64,000 nt of DNA from Myxococcota bacterium. Lineage in GTDB: Bacteria; Myxococcota_A; UBA796; CAJQPC01. The stretch lies in assembly GCA_036229005.1 (NCBI GenBank), contig JAZAMN010000021.1, positions 1-64,000 of the forward strand, in the 5' to 3' direction. Both the position numbers and the translations under genes were made by a program. Shown here in pieces: positions 38,199 through 48,600 of the stretch. Position 1 is the stretch's first letter; each line of letters begins with the position of its first letter. The notes under the pieces are model-generated. The model was not told where the DNA came from. It did not search any database and worked only from the letters and a program-made list of their open reading frames with translations.

Positions 38199-38321
38199 CC
38201 AGAGCCTGATCCAGAGCGCCCCGGGGTCCCCCCGCGCTTGACCGCCGCCCGATCCGCGCACAGGGTTCGGCGGGCCCCGGCTCCCGGCGGCCTTTGTCTT
38301 GCACTGCACTTGGGGCGCATC

Positions 38322-38576
38322 ATGCTCAAGGAACACCGGGTCGAGGTCCAGCAAGTGGGCTTCTGGACCCTCGGATCCCTCTCCCTGGGGCTGGCCCCCT
38401 TCTTTCCGGAGCCCCACGTCTGGGGCAAGCTGCGTTGGGTGCTCGGGGGTGCCAAGGGCATGCAGCTCATGGACTTCTTCGACCTGGCCATGCACGGCCT
38501 GCCCTGGGTGATGCTGCTGGTGTCCCTGGGCAAGCTGGGGATGGCGGTCTCCAAGAGCAAGGCCAAGCCCGCCTGA
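38322..38576 (+). CDS. Small conserved membrane protein
   Basis: LGLAPFFPEPH..GKL.W...D.FDL.MHG.PW, a recognisable small hypothetical family. Confidence 0.7.
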   Translation: MLKEHRVEVQQVGFWTLGSLSLGLAPFFPEPHVWGKLRWVLGGAKGMQLMDFFDLAMHGLPWVMLLVSLGKLGMAVSKSKAKPA

Positions 38577-38579
38577 GCC

Positions 38580-39581
38580 TCAGCGCAGCAGAGTCCGCAC
38601 CCAACGCCGGAGCTGCGCCTCGGAGGGCCCGACGTCGATGGGCTGGCCGGGCTTGTAGTGGAGGGTGCTGGGGCAGCGGAAGGTGGGCGTGATCGTCTTG
38701 CGCCCAAGCTCGTTGCCGGCGCGGTCGTAGGCCACGTAGGTGGTGGGGTTCAGGCGCGTGGGGACCGACGTGGGCCCGCTGCTCCCCGAGAACATGCAGC
38801 CCTGGCCCGGCTCGCCCAGCTCGTGGGAGAGCTCCTTCACGAACACATCGGCCTCGGCGACGGTCCGGCCCTCGGCCGCAGCCCCCTGCGCCCAGTAGAC
38901 GCCATCGGCGGGGAACACCGCCACCCGACGCCTGCCGCTGGGGGCCTCCAGCCCCTCCAGCGTCCCCGGGAGCCCCTGGAAGAAGGCCGCGACCACCGAC
39001 TCCCTGCTCGAGAAGGTGAACTCCATCTCGATGGGCTCGCCCTTGGACAGGCTCGCGGTGACGGTCCGCGGACGCCAGTCGGCTTCCTGGGTGCCGAAAG
39101 GCTCCGTCGGGCTCAGGGACTTCTCCAGCGTCAGGGGGACCAGGAGGATCCGGATCCGGTCCTCCTGCAGCTCGATGCGCTCGCCCTCCAGGCGCAGCCC
39201 CTCCCAGGGGAGGATCTGGATCTCCGCGGCGCCGTCCACCAGCGGACAGCCCTCGGCGATCGAGCTGCCCAGGGTCAGGGTCGCGGGGCCGTCTCCGGAG
39301 CACTGCATCTGCAGATCCTGGGAGGTCACCTTCCGCTCCACCCGGTGCCACTCGTCCAGCCCCTCGCCCTCGAAGCGCCACGCGTTGTAGCCCCACTGCA
39401 TCTCCGAGCGCGGGATCACGACGACCGCGCCGTCGTGCACGGTCTGGCCCACCAGCGTGGCGCTCTCCAGGTCGTTGAGCGTGACCCGGACCGGGAGGCC
39501 CTCCCGCGTCATCTCCTGGGGCTCCCCAAAGGCATAGGGTTCCCGGCACCCCAGCAGCAAACCCAGCAGCGAAAGAACCAT
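38580..39581 (-). CDS. Hypothetical lipoprotein (paralog of 30595-31599)
   Basis: MVLSLLGLLLGC lipobox; collinear similarity to the upstream paralog. Confidence 0.75.
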   Translation of the reverse strand: MVLSLLGLLLGCREPYAFGEPQEMTREGLPVRVTLNDLESATLVGQTVHDGAVVVIPRSEMQWGYNAWRFEGEGLDEWHRVERKVTSQDLQMQCSGDGPATLTLGSSIAEGCPLVDGAAEIQILPWEGLRLEGERIELQEDRIRILLVPLTLEKSLSPTEPFGTQEADWRPRTVTASLSKGEPIEMEFTFSSRESVVAAFFQGLPGTLEGLEAPSGRRRVAVFPADGVYWAQGAAAEGRTVAEADVFVKELSHELGEPGQGCMFSGSSGPTSVPTRLNPTTYVAYDRAGNELGRKTITPTFRCPSTLHYKPGQPIDVGPSEAQLRRWVRTLLR

Positions 39582-39669
39582 GCGCGCACCCCCTCTTTGT
39601 GTTGCGCCAGCATAGCGTCTGGACCTCGCCTTGGGGCGGGCCTGCTCCCCGCGCAATAGCAGCAGAGCC

Positions 39670-40635
39670 GTGAGCTCCCCCATCTTCATCGTCGGCAGCG
39701 GCCGCTCCGGCACCTCGCTGCTGCGCGCGCTGCTCAACGCCCACCGGGACATCCACCTGGGCCAGGAGTCCGGGCTCTTCCGCTGGGCCGGGCGCTGGCC
39801 GGATCTGGACGGCGCCGGGTTCCTGGAGGCCTGGTCCCGCAGCCCCTCCGGCGCGCTCTTCAACCCCGAGCCCGTTCAGCTCGCCCCCGGGGCCCCCAAG
39901 CGCGAGGCCATCGCCGCTGTCCTCCAGGCCCGCGCCGCCCGCTTCGGCAAGACCCGCTGGGGCGACAAGACCCCCCTCCACGCCCTGCACCTCGCGGAGA
40001 TCCAGGCCGCCTTCCCCCAGGCCCGCGTCGTGGCCGTGGTCCGCCATCCCGTCGCAACGGTGTCCTCGCTGGGGCGGGTGTGCTGGTCCAGTGGGAGCGC
40101 GCTGGCGGATTCCTGGATGGTGCGCCAGGCGTGGGAGGCGCTACAGGCCTCACCTCTCCCCCTCTACACCCTGCGTCTGGAGCGGCTTCTGGCCGATCCG
40201 GAGCCCGCCCTCCGCGCCCTGCTCTCCTTCCTGGAGGCGCCCTGGGACCCCCGCGTGCTGGAGCACCACCTGCACGCCGACTTCGACGCCGACCCCCGCC
40301 TGCCTTGGCTGGTGGGCGCCGAGAAGCCCCTGCGCCCCTATGTGCCCGGTCCCGTGGCCCTGACCCCGGCCCAGGTCGCCCTGGTGGAGGCCGTGATCCC
40401 CCCCCAGACCATGGGCTACGCGCCCTGGCAGCACCCGGCAGGGGTCTCGCGCGTGGGCACCGTCCTGCAGGAGCTTGGGCGAGCCGTGGGCTTCGGCCTC
40501 CGGGCGGCGGCGGGGCGGCCCAGCCTGGATCCGGCGCGCTTGGATGCAGCGGAGGGGCTGAGGTGGCTGTGGTCCTTGAACCCCCGCAGCCCACCGCCCC
40601 AAGGCCTGGTGGATCAGACCCTGCTCAGACACTGA
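39670..40635 (+). CDS. Sulfotransferase family protein
   Basis: PIFIVGSGRSGTSLL (5'-PSB loop), WGDKTP, VVRHP...VSS. Confidence 0.9.
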   Translation: MSSPIFIVGSGRSGTSLLRALLNAHRDIHLGQESGLFRWAGRWPDLDGAGFLEAWSRSPSGALFNPEPVQLAPGAPKREAIAAVLQARAARFGKTRWGDKTPLHALHLAEIQAAFPQARVVAVVRHPVATVSSLGRVCWSSGSALADSWMVRQAWEALQASPLPLYTLRLERLLADPEPALRALLSFLEAPWDPRVLEHHLHADFDADPRLPWLVGAEKPLRPYVPGPVALTPAQVALVEAVIPPQTMGYAPWQHPAGVSRVGTVLQELGRAVGFGLRAAAGRPSLDPARLDAAEGLRWLWSLNPRSPPPQGLVDQTLLRH

Positions 40636-40665
40636 CCCATCGGCGAGGTCACCCTTCCGTGGAAC

Positions 40666-41667
40666 TCAGTCTTCCAGGCAAACCACGTCGTAGCCGTTCC
40701 CACCGACAAAGGTGAAGCCGCTGGGGCAGGCGTCCTGGCGATCGTCGAGCGCCCGGGCGCTCTCGCCGCTGGTGGTCCAGCTCAGGGAGACGACGGCGCG
40801 TGCCTCGGTGGCGTAGCAGACCACCGAGTAGCTGTTGCCGCCCACGAAGTCGAAGCCGGCAGGGCAGGCGTCCTGGGGGTCGTCCAGATCGGTGGCTGGG
40901 CTGCCGTCGGGGAGCCAGGCCAAGGAGAGCGCGGTGCCGGGACCGGAGCCCAGGCAGTTGACGGCGTAGCTGTTGCCGCCGACGAAGGTGGTGCCGGCGG
41001 GGCAGGCCTCGCTGGGCTCCTCCAGATCGATGGCGACGCTGCCGTCGGGGAGCCAGGTCAGGGCGACAAGGTGTTCCAGGGCGCGCTTGTAGCAGGTGAC
41101 GGCGTAGCTGCTGCCGCCCACGAAGTCGTAGCCGCTGGGACAGGCCTCGGCGCGGTCCTCCAGGTCGATGGCGGTCGCGCCGCTGGTGGTCCAGCTGTTG
41201 TAGACGGCGGTGGAGGGCGCGCTGTCCAGGCAGGTGACGTTGTAGCTGTTGCCGCCCACGAAGGTGGTGCCGCTGGGGCAGGCATCGCTGCGATCGTCCA
41301 GATCGGTGGCGGTGCTGCCGTCGGGCACCCAGGACATGGAGACCTGGCCTGCGGGGGTGTCCGTCAAGCAGGCCACGGCGTAGCCGGTGCCGCCCACGAA
41401 GGTGGAGCCGCTCGGGCAGCCCTCCGCGTAGCTGCTCAGGTTGGTGACCGGGGTGCCGCTGGTGTCCCAGGACAGGTAGAGCGTGGTGCGCGCCCCGAGG
41501 TCCGCGTCCGCGTCGGAGTCGGTGTCCGCGTCCGCATCGGAGTCCGAGTCGCTGTCGGCGTCGGTGTCGGCGTCGGCCTCGAGCTGGGTGTCGGTCGAGG
41601 TGGGGCCGTCCTTGCGGCAGGCCAGCAGCAGGGCCAGGGGGAGCGCGACGGCGAGGCTTCGGTGCAT
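40666..41667 (-). CDS. Lipoprotein with a DADTD linker and six 46-aa Cys-paired repeats
   Basis: LLLAC lipobox; repeat SW..[DS]G..A.DL[DE]D..[DE]ACP[SA]G..FVGG.SY.V.C six times; GGAG 6 nt before ATG 41667. Confidence 0.8.
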   Translation of the reverse strand: MHRSLAVALPLALLLACRKDGPTSTDTQLEADADTDADSDSDSDADADTDSDADADLGARTTLYLSWDTSGTPVTNLSSYAEGCPSGSTFVGGTGYAVACLTDTPAGQVSMSWVPDGSTATDLDDRSDACPSGTTFVGGNSYNVTCLDSAPSTAVYNSWTTSGATAIDLEDRAEACPSGYDFVGGSSYAVTCYKRALEHLVALTWLPDGSVAIDLEEPSEACPAGTTFVGGNSYAVNCLGSGPGTALSLAWLPDGSPATDLDDPQDACPAGFDFVGGNSYSVVCYATEARAVVSLSWTTSGESARALDDRQDACPSGFTFVGGNGYDVVCLED

Positions 41668-41820
41668 GGTCATCTCCGGTGCGCCCAGGAATAGCTGGTG
41701 AGGGCGGGGGTCGGTGAAGGACAGCGGGTCCCCTCGGCTTGTCATTCTCTGTTATGCCACTGGGGCAATCCGAGGCGGGCCCTGCGGGACCCGACTCACC
41801 ACTGAACTGGAGGCCCCTGC

Positions 41821-43152
41821 ATGCTCGCGCTCGCGACCCTGCTGGCTGCTCCCCTGGCACAAGCCCAGGAGCTGAGCATCCCCTATGAGAAGTACAGCCT
41901 GGACAACGGGCTGACGGTCATCCTGGCCGAAGATCACAGCGTCCCCGTGGTCCAGGTCAACGTCTGGTACCACGTCGGCTCCAAGGACGAGGTGGAGGGC
42001 CGCACCGGCTTCGCCCACCTCTTCGAGCACCTGATGTTCCAGGGCTCCGAGAACAACAACCAGGACTACTTCGAGCCCCTCCAGGAGGTCGGCGCGCGGG
42101 TCAACGGGACCACGAACACCGACCGCACCAACTACTTCGAGGGCGTCCCCAGCGAGTACCTGCCCCTGGCCCTGTGGGGCGAGGCCGACCGCATGGGCTG
42201 GCTGGTGATCGACCAGGAGCGCCTGGACAACCAGAAGGAGGTCGTGCGGAACGAGCGCCGTCAGCGCTACGAGAACCGCCCCTTCGGGACGAGCTGGGTG
42301 ACCCTGCAGGCCAACGTGTTCCCCGAGCTGCACCCCTACCACCACACCACCATCGGGTCCCACGAGGACCTGGAGGCGGCCACGCTGGAGGACGTGCAGA
42401 CCTTCTTCGACACCTGGTACGTGCCCAACAACGCGGTGCTGGTGGTGGCCGGGGACTTTGACCCCGCCGTCGCAAAGCCCCTGATCGAGCAGTACTTTGG
42501 GGAGATCCCCGCGGGCACCGCGGCGCTGCCTGAGCGCGCCACCCCCGAGTCCGTCGACTTCACCCTGGAGCAGGAGGTCGTCGTCCGGCAGGAAGAAGCC
42601 GGCGTGCCCTACGCCCAGGTGTGGATCGCCTGGCCCAGCCCCGCGCTCTACGAGAGCGGTGACGCCGAGCTGGATCTGCTGAGCAGCCTGCTCACCGACG
42701 GCAAGGAGGCCCGGCTCTACAAGGAGCTGGTGCTGGAGCAGCAGATCGCCAAGAGCATCGATGCCTACCAGGTCTCCCGCTACCTGGACGGCATGTACGT
42801 GATCCAGGCGGTGCCGGCCGAGGGCCACAGCACCGACGAGATCGTGGCCGCCGTGGACGCCGTGCTGGCCTCCTTCTTCGAGGAGGGCCCCACCGCCGAC
42901 GAGCTCTCCGTGGGCATCGCCCAGTACGAGGCCGGCTTCATCCGCAGCCTGGGCACCGTGGCCAACAAGGCCGACCGCCTGAACTCCTACTACTTCATGG
43001 CCGGTGAGCCCGACTACCTGCAGCAGGACCTGCAGCGCTACCTGGACTGCACCCCCGAGACCGTGCTGAGCGCCGCCAAGGAGACCCTGGGCTCCGAAGG
43101 CCGCGTGATCCTGCACATCACCCCCCCCGCTGACACCGAGGAGGCCAAGTGA
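41821..43152 (+). CDS. M16 (pitrilysin-family) zinc peptidase, catalytic subunit
   Basis: GFAHLFEHLMF (HxxEH), NGTT..DRTNY, VV.NERRQR; signal peptide. Confidence 0.93.
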   Translation: MLALATLLAAPLAQAQELSIPYEKYSLDNGLTVILAEDHSVPVVQVNVWYHVGSKDEVEGRTGFAHLFEHLMFQGSENNNQDYFEPLQEVGARVNGTTNTDRTNYFEGVPSEYLPLALWGEADRMGWLVIDQERLDNQKEVVRNERRQRYENRPFGTSWVTLQANVFPELHPYHHTTIGSHEDLEAATLEDVQTFFDTWYVPNNAVLVVAGDFDPAVAKPLIEQYFGEIPAGTAALPERATPESVDFTLEQEVVVRQEEAGVPYAQVWIAWPSPALYESGDAELDLLSSLLTDGKEARLYKELVLEQQIAKSIDAYQVSRYLDGMYVIQAVPAEGHSTDEIVAAVDAVLASFFEEGPTADELSVGIAQYEAGFIRSLGTVANKADRLNSYYFMAGEPDYLQQDLQRYLDCTPETVLSAAKETLGSEGRVILHITPPADTEEAK

Positions 43153-44588
43153 TGCTCTTCATCTCTCTCTTCATGGCCTGCCCCAAGACCGCCGAGGTCG
43201 AGACCCCGGTGGAGCAGGCTCCCGCGTTCGACCGCAGCGTGCGCCCGGCGCCGCTGGAGGCCAGCAACTTCGAGCTCCCCAAGATGGAGACCGGCACCCT
43301 GTCCAACGGCATGGAGGTCGTGGTCGTCGAGAACCACGAGATCCCCGTGGTCCAGGTGCGGGCCATCTTCACCACCGGTGACTGGAGCGACCCCGCCGGC
43401 CAGGAGGGCCTGGTCACCGCGACCATGGACATGCTCAACGAGGGCGCCGGTGACATGGACGCCCTGGAGATCAGCGCCGCCCTGCGCAAGATGGCCTCCA
43501 GCGTGAGCACCGGGTCCAGCTCGGACACCGCCACCGTGCGCGCCGACAGCCTGGTCAAGCACCTGGAGCCCACCCTGGACATCTGGGCCCAGGTCTGGCT
43601 GGAGCCCACCTTCCCCGACAGCGAGTGGGAGCGCATCCAGAAGCAGTACCTGCTGGACCTGGAGGCGAGCCGCAAGGATCCCAACTCCATGGCCTGGACC
43701 GTGACCGACCGGCTGCTCTACGGAGACAGCTACGACGGCCGGAGCTGGTCCGAGGAGAGCCTGGGCGCCGTCGACACCGAGTCCATGGCCGCCTGGCACC
43801 AGGCCCACCTGGTCCCCGCCAACGGCACCATCCTGGTGGGCGGCGACATCACCCTGGCCGAGATCCTGCCCCTGCTCGAAGAGCGCGTCGGCAGCGTGGC
43901 CCCCGGTGAGCCCACCGAGGCCCCCAGCTTCGCGGGCACCCAGCCCACCGAGACCACCATCTACCTGGTGGACAAGCCCGGCGCGGCCCAGTCCGTGGTC
44001 CAGGCCGTGCGCTTCGTCGATGGGCGGGCAGAGGACGGCTACTGGCCCGTGGTCGTGGGGAACACCGCCTGGGGTGGCATGTTCATGGCCCGCCTGAACA
44101 TGAACCTGCGCGAGGACAAGGGCTACACCTACGGCGCCCGGTCCAGCATCTACGAGGGCGCTGGCGGCGCTCTGTGGGTGGCCAGCTCCAGCGTGCAGTC
44201 CGAGGTCACCGCCCCCGCGATGGCCGAGCTCTTCAAGGAGCTGAGCGAGGTCCAGGAGCCCCGGCCCCTGAGCGCGGACGAGATCGCCTACGCCAAGTCC
44301 AACCGCGTGCTGGGCTACCCCGGCGCCTTCGAGACGGTGGACTACCTGCTCTCCAGCCGCAGCGAGGTCTGGCGCTACGGCCTGGCCAGCGACTGGGAGG
44401 AGCAGTACATCCCCAGTGTCCGGGCGGTCAGCCCCGAGGCGGCCCAGGCCGCGTTCGTGGAGCAGGTCGCCAGCCAGCCCCTGTTGGTGACGGTCGTTGG
44501 TGACCTCGCCAGCATCCAAGAGTCCGTCGAGGCGCTCGGCTACCCCGTGGTGGTGCTGGACGTTGACGGCAACGTTGTGGAGGACTGA
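43152..44588 (+). CDS. M16 peptidase partner subunit (non-catalytic), lipoprotein
   Basis: No HxxEH; RLNMNLREDKGYTYG motif; FMAC lipobox; TGATG coupling. Confidence 0.9.
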   Translation: MLFISLFMACPKTAEVETPVEQAPAFDRSVRPAPLEASNFELPKMETGTLSNGMEVVVVENHEIPVVQVRAIFTTGDWSDPAGQEGLVTATMDMLNEGAGDMDALEISAALRKMASSVSTGSSSDTATVRADSLVKHLEPTLDIWAQVWLEPTFPDSEWERIQKQYLLDLEASRKDPNSMAWTVTDRLLYGDSYDGRSWSEESLGAVDTESMAAWHQAHLVPANGTILVGGDITLAEILPLLEERVGSVAPGEPTEAPSFAGTQPTETTIYLVDKPGAAQSVVQAVRFVDGRAEDGYWPVVVGNTAWGGMFMARLNMNLREDKGYTYGARSSIYEGAGGALWVASSSVQSEVTAPAMAELFKELSEVQEPRPLSADEIAYAKSNRVLGYPGAFETVDYLLSSRSEVWRYGLASDWEEQYIPSVRAVSPEAAQAAFVEQVASQPLLVTVVGDLASIQESVEALGYPVVVLDVDGNVVED

Positions 44589-45511
44589 TGTCCATTCGTT
44601 CTGAAGTCATCTGGATGGACGGCGAGTTCGTCCCTTACGACGACGCCAAGGTCCACGTCCTCTCCCACACCCTGCACTACGGTCTGGGCGTGTTCGAGGG
44701 CATCCGCACCTACACCCAGCCCGACGGCAAGGGCGGCATCTTCAAGCTGGACGAGCACGTCCAGCGGCTCTTCGACAGCGCCAAGATGTGCCGCATCCCC
44801 ATGCCCTACAGCTTCGAGCAGGTGCGTCAGGCCTGCCTGGACACCCTCAAGGCCAACAAGCTCACCGCCGCCTACATCCGCCCCCTGGTCTACCTGGGCT
44901 ACGGGCAGATGGGCCTGGGCGCGCGTCAGAACCAGGTGCACGTGGCGATCGCCGTGTGGCCCTGGGGCGCCTACCTGGGCGATGAGGGCCTGCAGAAGGG
45001 CATCCGCGCCGGCACCAGCAGCTTCACCCGCCACGCGGTGAACTCGAACCTGCAGCGCGCCAAGGTCATCGGCCACTACGTCAACAGCATCCTGGCCCGC
45101 TACGAGGCCAACGATCACGGCTACGACGAGGCCATCATGCTGGACCAGAACGGCTACGTGGCCGAGGGCACCGGCGAGAACCTCTTCGCGATCCGGCACG
45201 GCAAGATCAAGACCCCGCCGATCACCAACATCCTGGGCGGCATCACCCGCGGCACCGCGATCGAGATCCTGGAGCACAACGGCTACGAGGTCATCGAGAC
45301 CACCTTTGGCCGCGACGCGCTCTACGTCTCCGACGAGGTCTTCATGACCGGCACCGCCGCGGAGGTCACCCCCATCCGGGAGATCGACCACCGCACCGTC
45401 GGCAACGGCGAGCCCGGCCCCGTCTCCAAGCTGGTCCAGAAGACCTACCTGGACGGCGTCGCCGGCAAGGTCGACTGGATGCGCGAGAAGATCACGACCT
45501 ACGAAATCTGA
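44588..45511 (+). CDS. ilvE: Branched-chain amino acid aminotransferase
   Basis: LHYGLGVFEGIR, YIRP, AKVIGHYVNS, EGTGEN, ILGGITR, FMTGTAAEVTP. Confidence 0.96.
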   Translation: MSIRSEVIWMDGEFVPYDDAKVHVLSHTLHYGLGVFEGIRTYTQPDGKGGIFKLDEHVQRLFDSAKMCRIPMPYSFEQVRQACLDTLKANKLTAAYIRPLVYLGYGQMGLGARQNQVHVAIAVWPWGAYLGDEGLQKGIRAGTSSFTRHAVNSNLQRAKVIGHYVNSILARYEANDHGYDEAIMLDQNGYVAEGTGENLFAIRHGKIKTPPITNILGGITRGTAIEILEHNGYEVIETTFGRDALYVSDEVFMTGTAAEVTPIREIDHRTVGNGEPGPVSKLVQKTYLDGVAGKVDWMREKITTYEI

Positions 45512-45651
45512 GGTCTCTGTGGGACCGCTCCGTCTGGGCCCGGCGCCTGGGCGGAGCGCCCAAAAATATCCAGATTTCAGGCGATTACAGATTGCTTTCA
45601 TTCTGGAGAGCGCTTTCGGGGCGGGCGCATCTGTGCTAGGCTGATCACGTC

Positions 45652-48600
45652 TTGGACCGCAGCGTTGGGGGGTCGGGCGTGCAGGGTGTCGCAGCGAGAA
45701 AGCAAGAGGAGGGGAGCTCGGCGCTGGAGGCTGCGTCCACACCGGCAGACCACCTGGAGCAGGAGCAGACCCAGCGGCTGTCTGGCGCAGGCGAGGTCCC
45801 CAAGGTGGCTGCCGCCCCCGCGCAGCCAGAGGACGCTGGCGATGCCAGCGGCGCTGGCCCCTACGACTGGATGGGGATGGGCGAGGATGGCCAGGGGGGC
45901 GCGCCGCCTCCAGAGGCCCCGGAGCCGGAGCAGGAGCAGGCCGAGGGGGCGGAGCCGGCCAGCCTGACCTCGCTGGCGGATGGTGGTGACTTTGTGTTGC
46001 CGGAGGCCAGCAGCCCGGGGGGTTTGCTGTCCAGCTTGACGGGGGCACCCGCTTCTTCCCTCCTGGGGGCCTATGAGCGCTCCAGGGCCCAGGCGCCCAA
46101 GCTGCTGGGGGCGCAGTGGGAGGCGACCGTGCAGGGCCTGCCCCAGGTGCCGACGCCGACGGGCATCGCGCCGGGAGCGCCCGCCCCTGAGCCCCAGGTG
46201 GAGGGGGAGCGTTCGGCGCAGGTCAAGCTGGAGGCCGGAAAGGGAGAGGCGCCGCCGGCGACCGCCGATGTCCCGGCGCCCGCGCCGGCGATGGCGAGGC
46301 GGGGCACGGAGATCGGCGAAGATCAGGTGCAGGGGGCCGCGGCTGGAGCGTTGGCGGCGGTGCGACTCCCCAGCGAGGCGGTCAGCACGCGCTTCCAGTC
46401 GCGGCCGAAGATGGCGCTGGGTGGGGACTCGGATCCGGGGCGCATGGCGGGGGCGAAGGGCGCCATGGAGCAGGAGGTCGGTGGGGCTCACCGCGCGGCG
46501 CTGGGAGAGGCGGGCCAGGACTTTGGAGAGGGCGCGATCGCCCCGAGCGAGGACAGCGAGGTCCTCCAGGCGCAGGTGAGCCTGGCGGAGCCCCAGGGCC
46601 TGGATGCGCCGGAGGCCCCCGTGGTGGAGCTGCCCCCGGAGATGGCGGCGCAGGTGGATGGGGCCGCGGGTCCGCTGCTGCAGGGGCAGATGCAGGCGCC
46701 CGTGCTGGAGCACCAGGCGGGGGAGCAGGCCTTCCAGGCGGAGAAGGCGGCGGCCCACGAGCAGGCGCGGGCGGACATGGCCGCTGCTGAGCAGGACGCG
46801 GTCAGGGAGCAGCTTGGTGCGCGGGAGGGCGCGAGCGCGGAGGTCCAGGCGGCCAAGGAGCGGTGGCGGGAGGAGGTCGATGCGGTCCAGGCGGACGCAC
46901 AGGCCCAGGCCACCAAGGCCCACGGCGAGCAGCAGGGGGCCATCGAGAAGCGGGCGTTGCAGGCCAACAGTGAGGCCCAGGCCCACCTGGACGACGCCGA
47001 GAAGAAGGCGGCGGCGCACAAGAAGGAGGCGGAGGCCAAGGCCGCCAAGGAGAAGGCCAAGGCCGATCAGGAGTCCGGGGGATTCCTGGGGTGGGTGGCG
47101 TCCAAGGCCAAGGCCCTGGTGGATGGGCTCAAGGCCGCCATGAACACCATCTACGACGGGCTCCGGGCCGCCGTGAAGCTGGTGTTCGAGGCCGCAAAGA
47201 AGCTGGCGGAGGCCGCCATCGAGCTGGGCCGCAAGGCCATCGTGCTGCTGATCGAGGGCTACGCGACGCTGCTCAAGGGCATCCTCAAGGTCGCGCTTGC
47301 GGCCTTCCCCAAGCTGGCGGACGCTGCGTGCAAGCGCATCGATCAGGCCAAGGCCAAGGCCACCGAGCTGGTGAACAAGGCGGCTGCCACCCTCAAGAGC
47401 GTGACCTCGGGGATCCTGGACTTCCTGGCGACCACCCTGGACAAGGCGCTGGGGCTGGTCCAGAGCCTGTACAACGGGGCCTTCACGCTGATCGGCATGG
47501 TCATCAGCGGGCAGTGGAAGGAGATCGTGCAGGGCCTCAAGAACCTGGGCGACTCGGCCGCTCAGGCGCCGCCCCAGTTCGAGGCCGCCGCCTACGAAGA
47601 GGTGCTGGGCGGGGACATGAGCCAGCCCCTGAGCCCGGCGGAGATGGCGCTCGCTGGCCTGACGCCTCCGGGGGCTGCTCAGGGTGGGGGAGGCGGCCTG
47701 GACGAGCTGAGCGGTCCGCCCTGGACCCAGGACAACGTGGGCGTGGAGCAGGTGCTGTCCGGGCTGGAGCTGTCCCCGGAGCTGCAGGAGCAGCTCATGA
47801 CGCAGACCGGCGGCCAGGGCGAGGTCGAGTTCGGCCAGTCCAATGACCCTTCACGCAGCATGGAGTCCATCCTGGGGCTGGAGCAGGGCGCGGACACCGC
47901 GGGTGCGGGTCAGGAGGTGGTGCCCGACGATGGCCTGAGCGTCTCGGAGCGCGCCGGCGCCAAGTGGACCATCATGAAGAAGGGCATCTCCGACTGGTGG
48001 TCCAAGAACTGGCCGCTGGTGCTGGCCGGTGGTGTCATCGGGACGGCCGCCTTCATCGCGGCGAACATCCTCAGCGGCGGCGCCGTGCTGGCGGCGGTGC
48101 CCCCCATCCTGTCGGTGCTGGGGCCCCTCTTCATGGGCCTGATGGCCGTGCAGATGGGCGGCTATGTGGCCGGCTACCTGGAGAAGGGCTGGGCCGGCGA
48201 CACCCAGCCCGCGGGCAAGTCCCTGGCCAAGGCCCTGGCGGTGGGGGCCATCGAGCTCATCTCCTACCTGACCTTCAAGGCTGGCGGTGCCGCACTCAAG
48301 GGGGCCAAGGCGCTGGCGGGTAGCGCCAAACAGCTCGCCAAGGGCGCCGTCAGCCTGGCCAAGCGCGGCGTGGCCTACGTCATCAAGCAGGGCAAGGTCC
48401 TGCTCAAGGGCCTGAGCAACACCGGCTTCGGCAAGGCCTTCAAGAAGCTGGGCGCGCTGGGCAAGGGGCTGCTGAGCAAGACCAAGTTCAAGGGCTTCCG
48501 GATTCGAGTGGGTGGGGGCCGGTTCAGGCTTGAGGGGAAGGTCAACCCTTGGGTGTTGCTTGCGGATGGCAAGGTTCAGTGGTTGGACAACAGCCAGGTC

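Noticed and set aside
41500..41580. Low-complexity GTCGGC/GTCCGA-type repeats as a DNA repeat element
   Set aside because: They encode the Asp-Ala/Asp-Ser/Asp-Thr linker of the lipoprotein.
45526..45558. 13-bp GU-containing hairpin after ilvE as an intrinsic terminator
   Set aside because: No U-tract follows on the coding strand; a plausible RNA 3' structure but not supportable as a terminator.
45652..48500. Toxin trunk as a phage tape-measure protein or prophage remnant
   Set aside because: There are no phage structural, integrase or replication genes nearby; the toxin-like tip and coupled small genes fit a toxin locus better.
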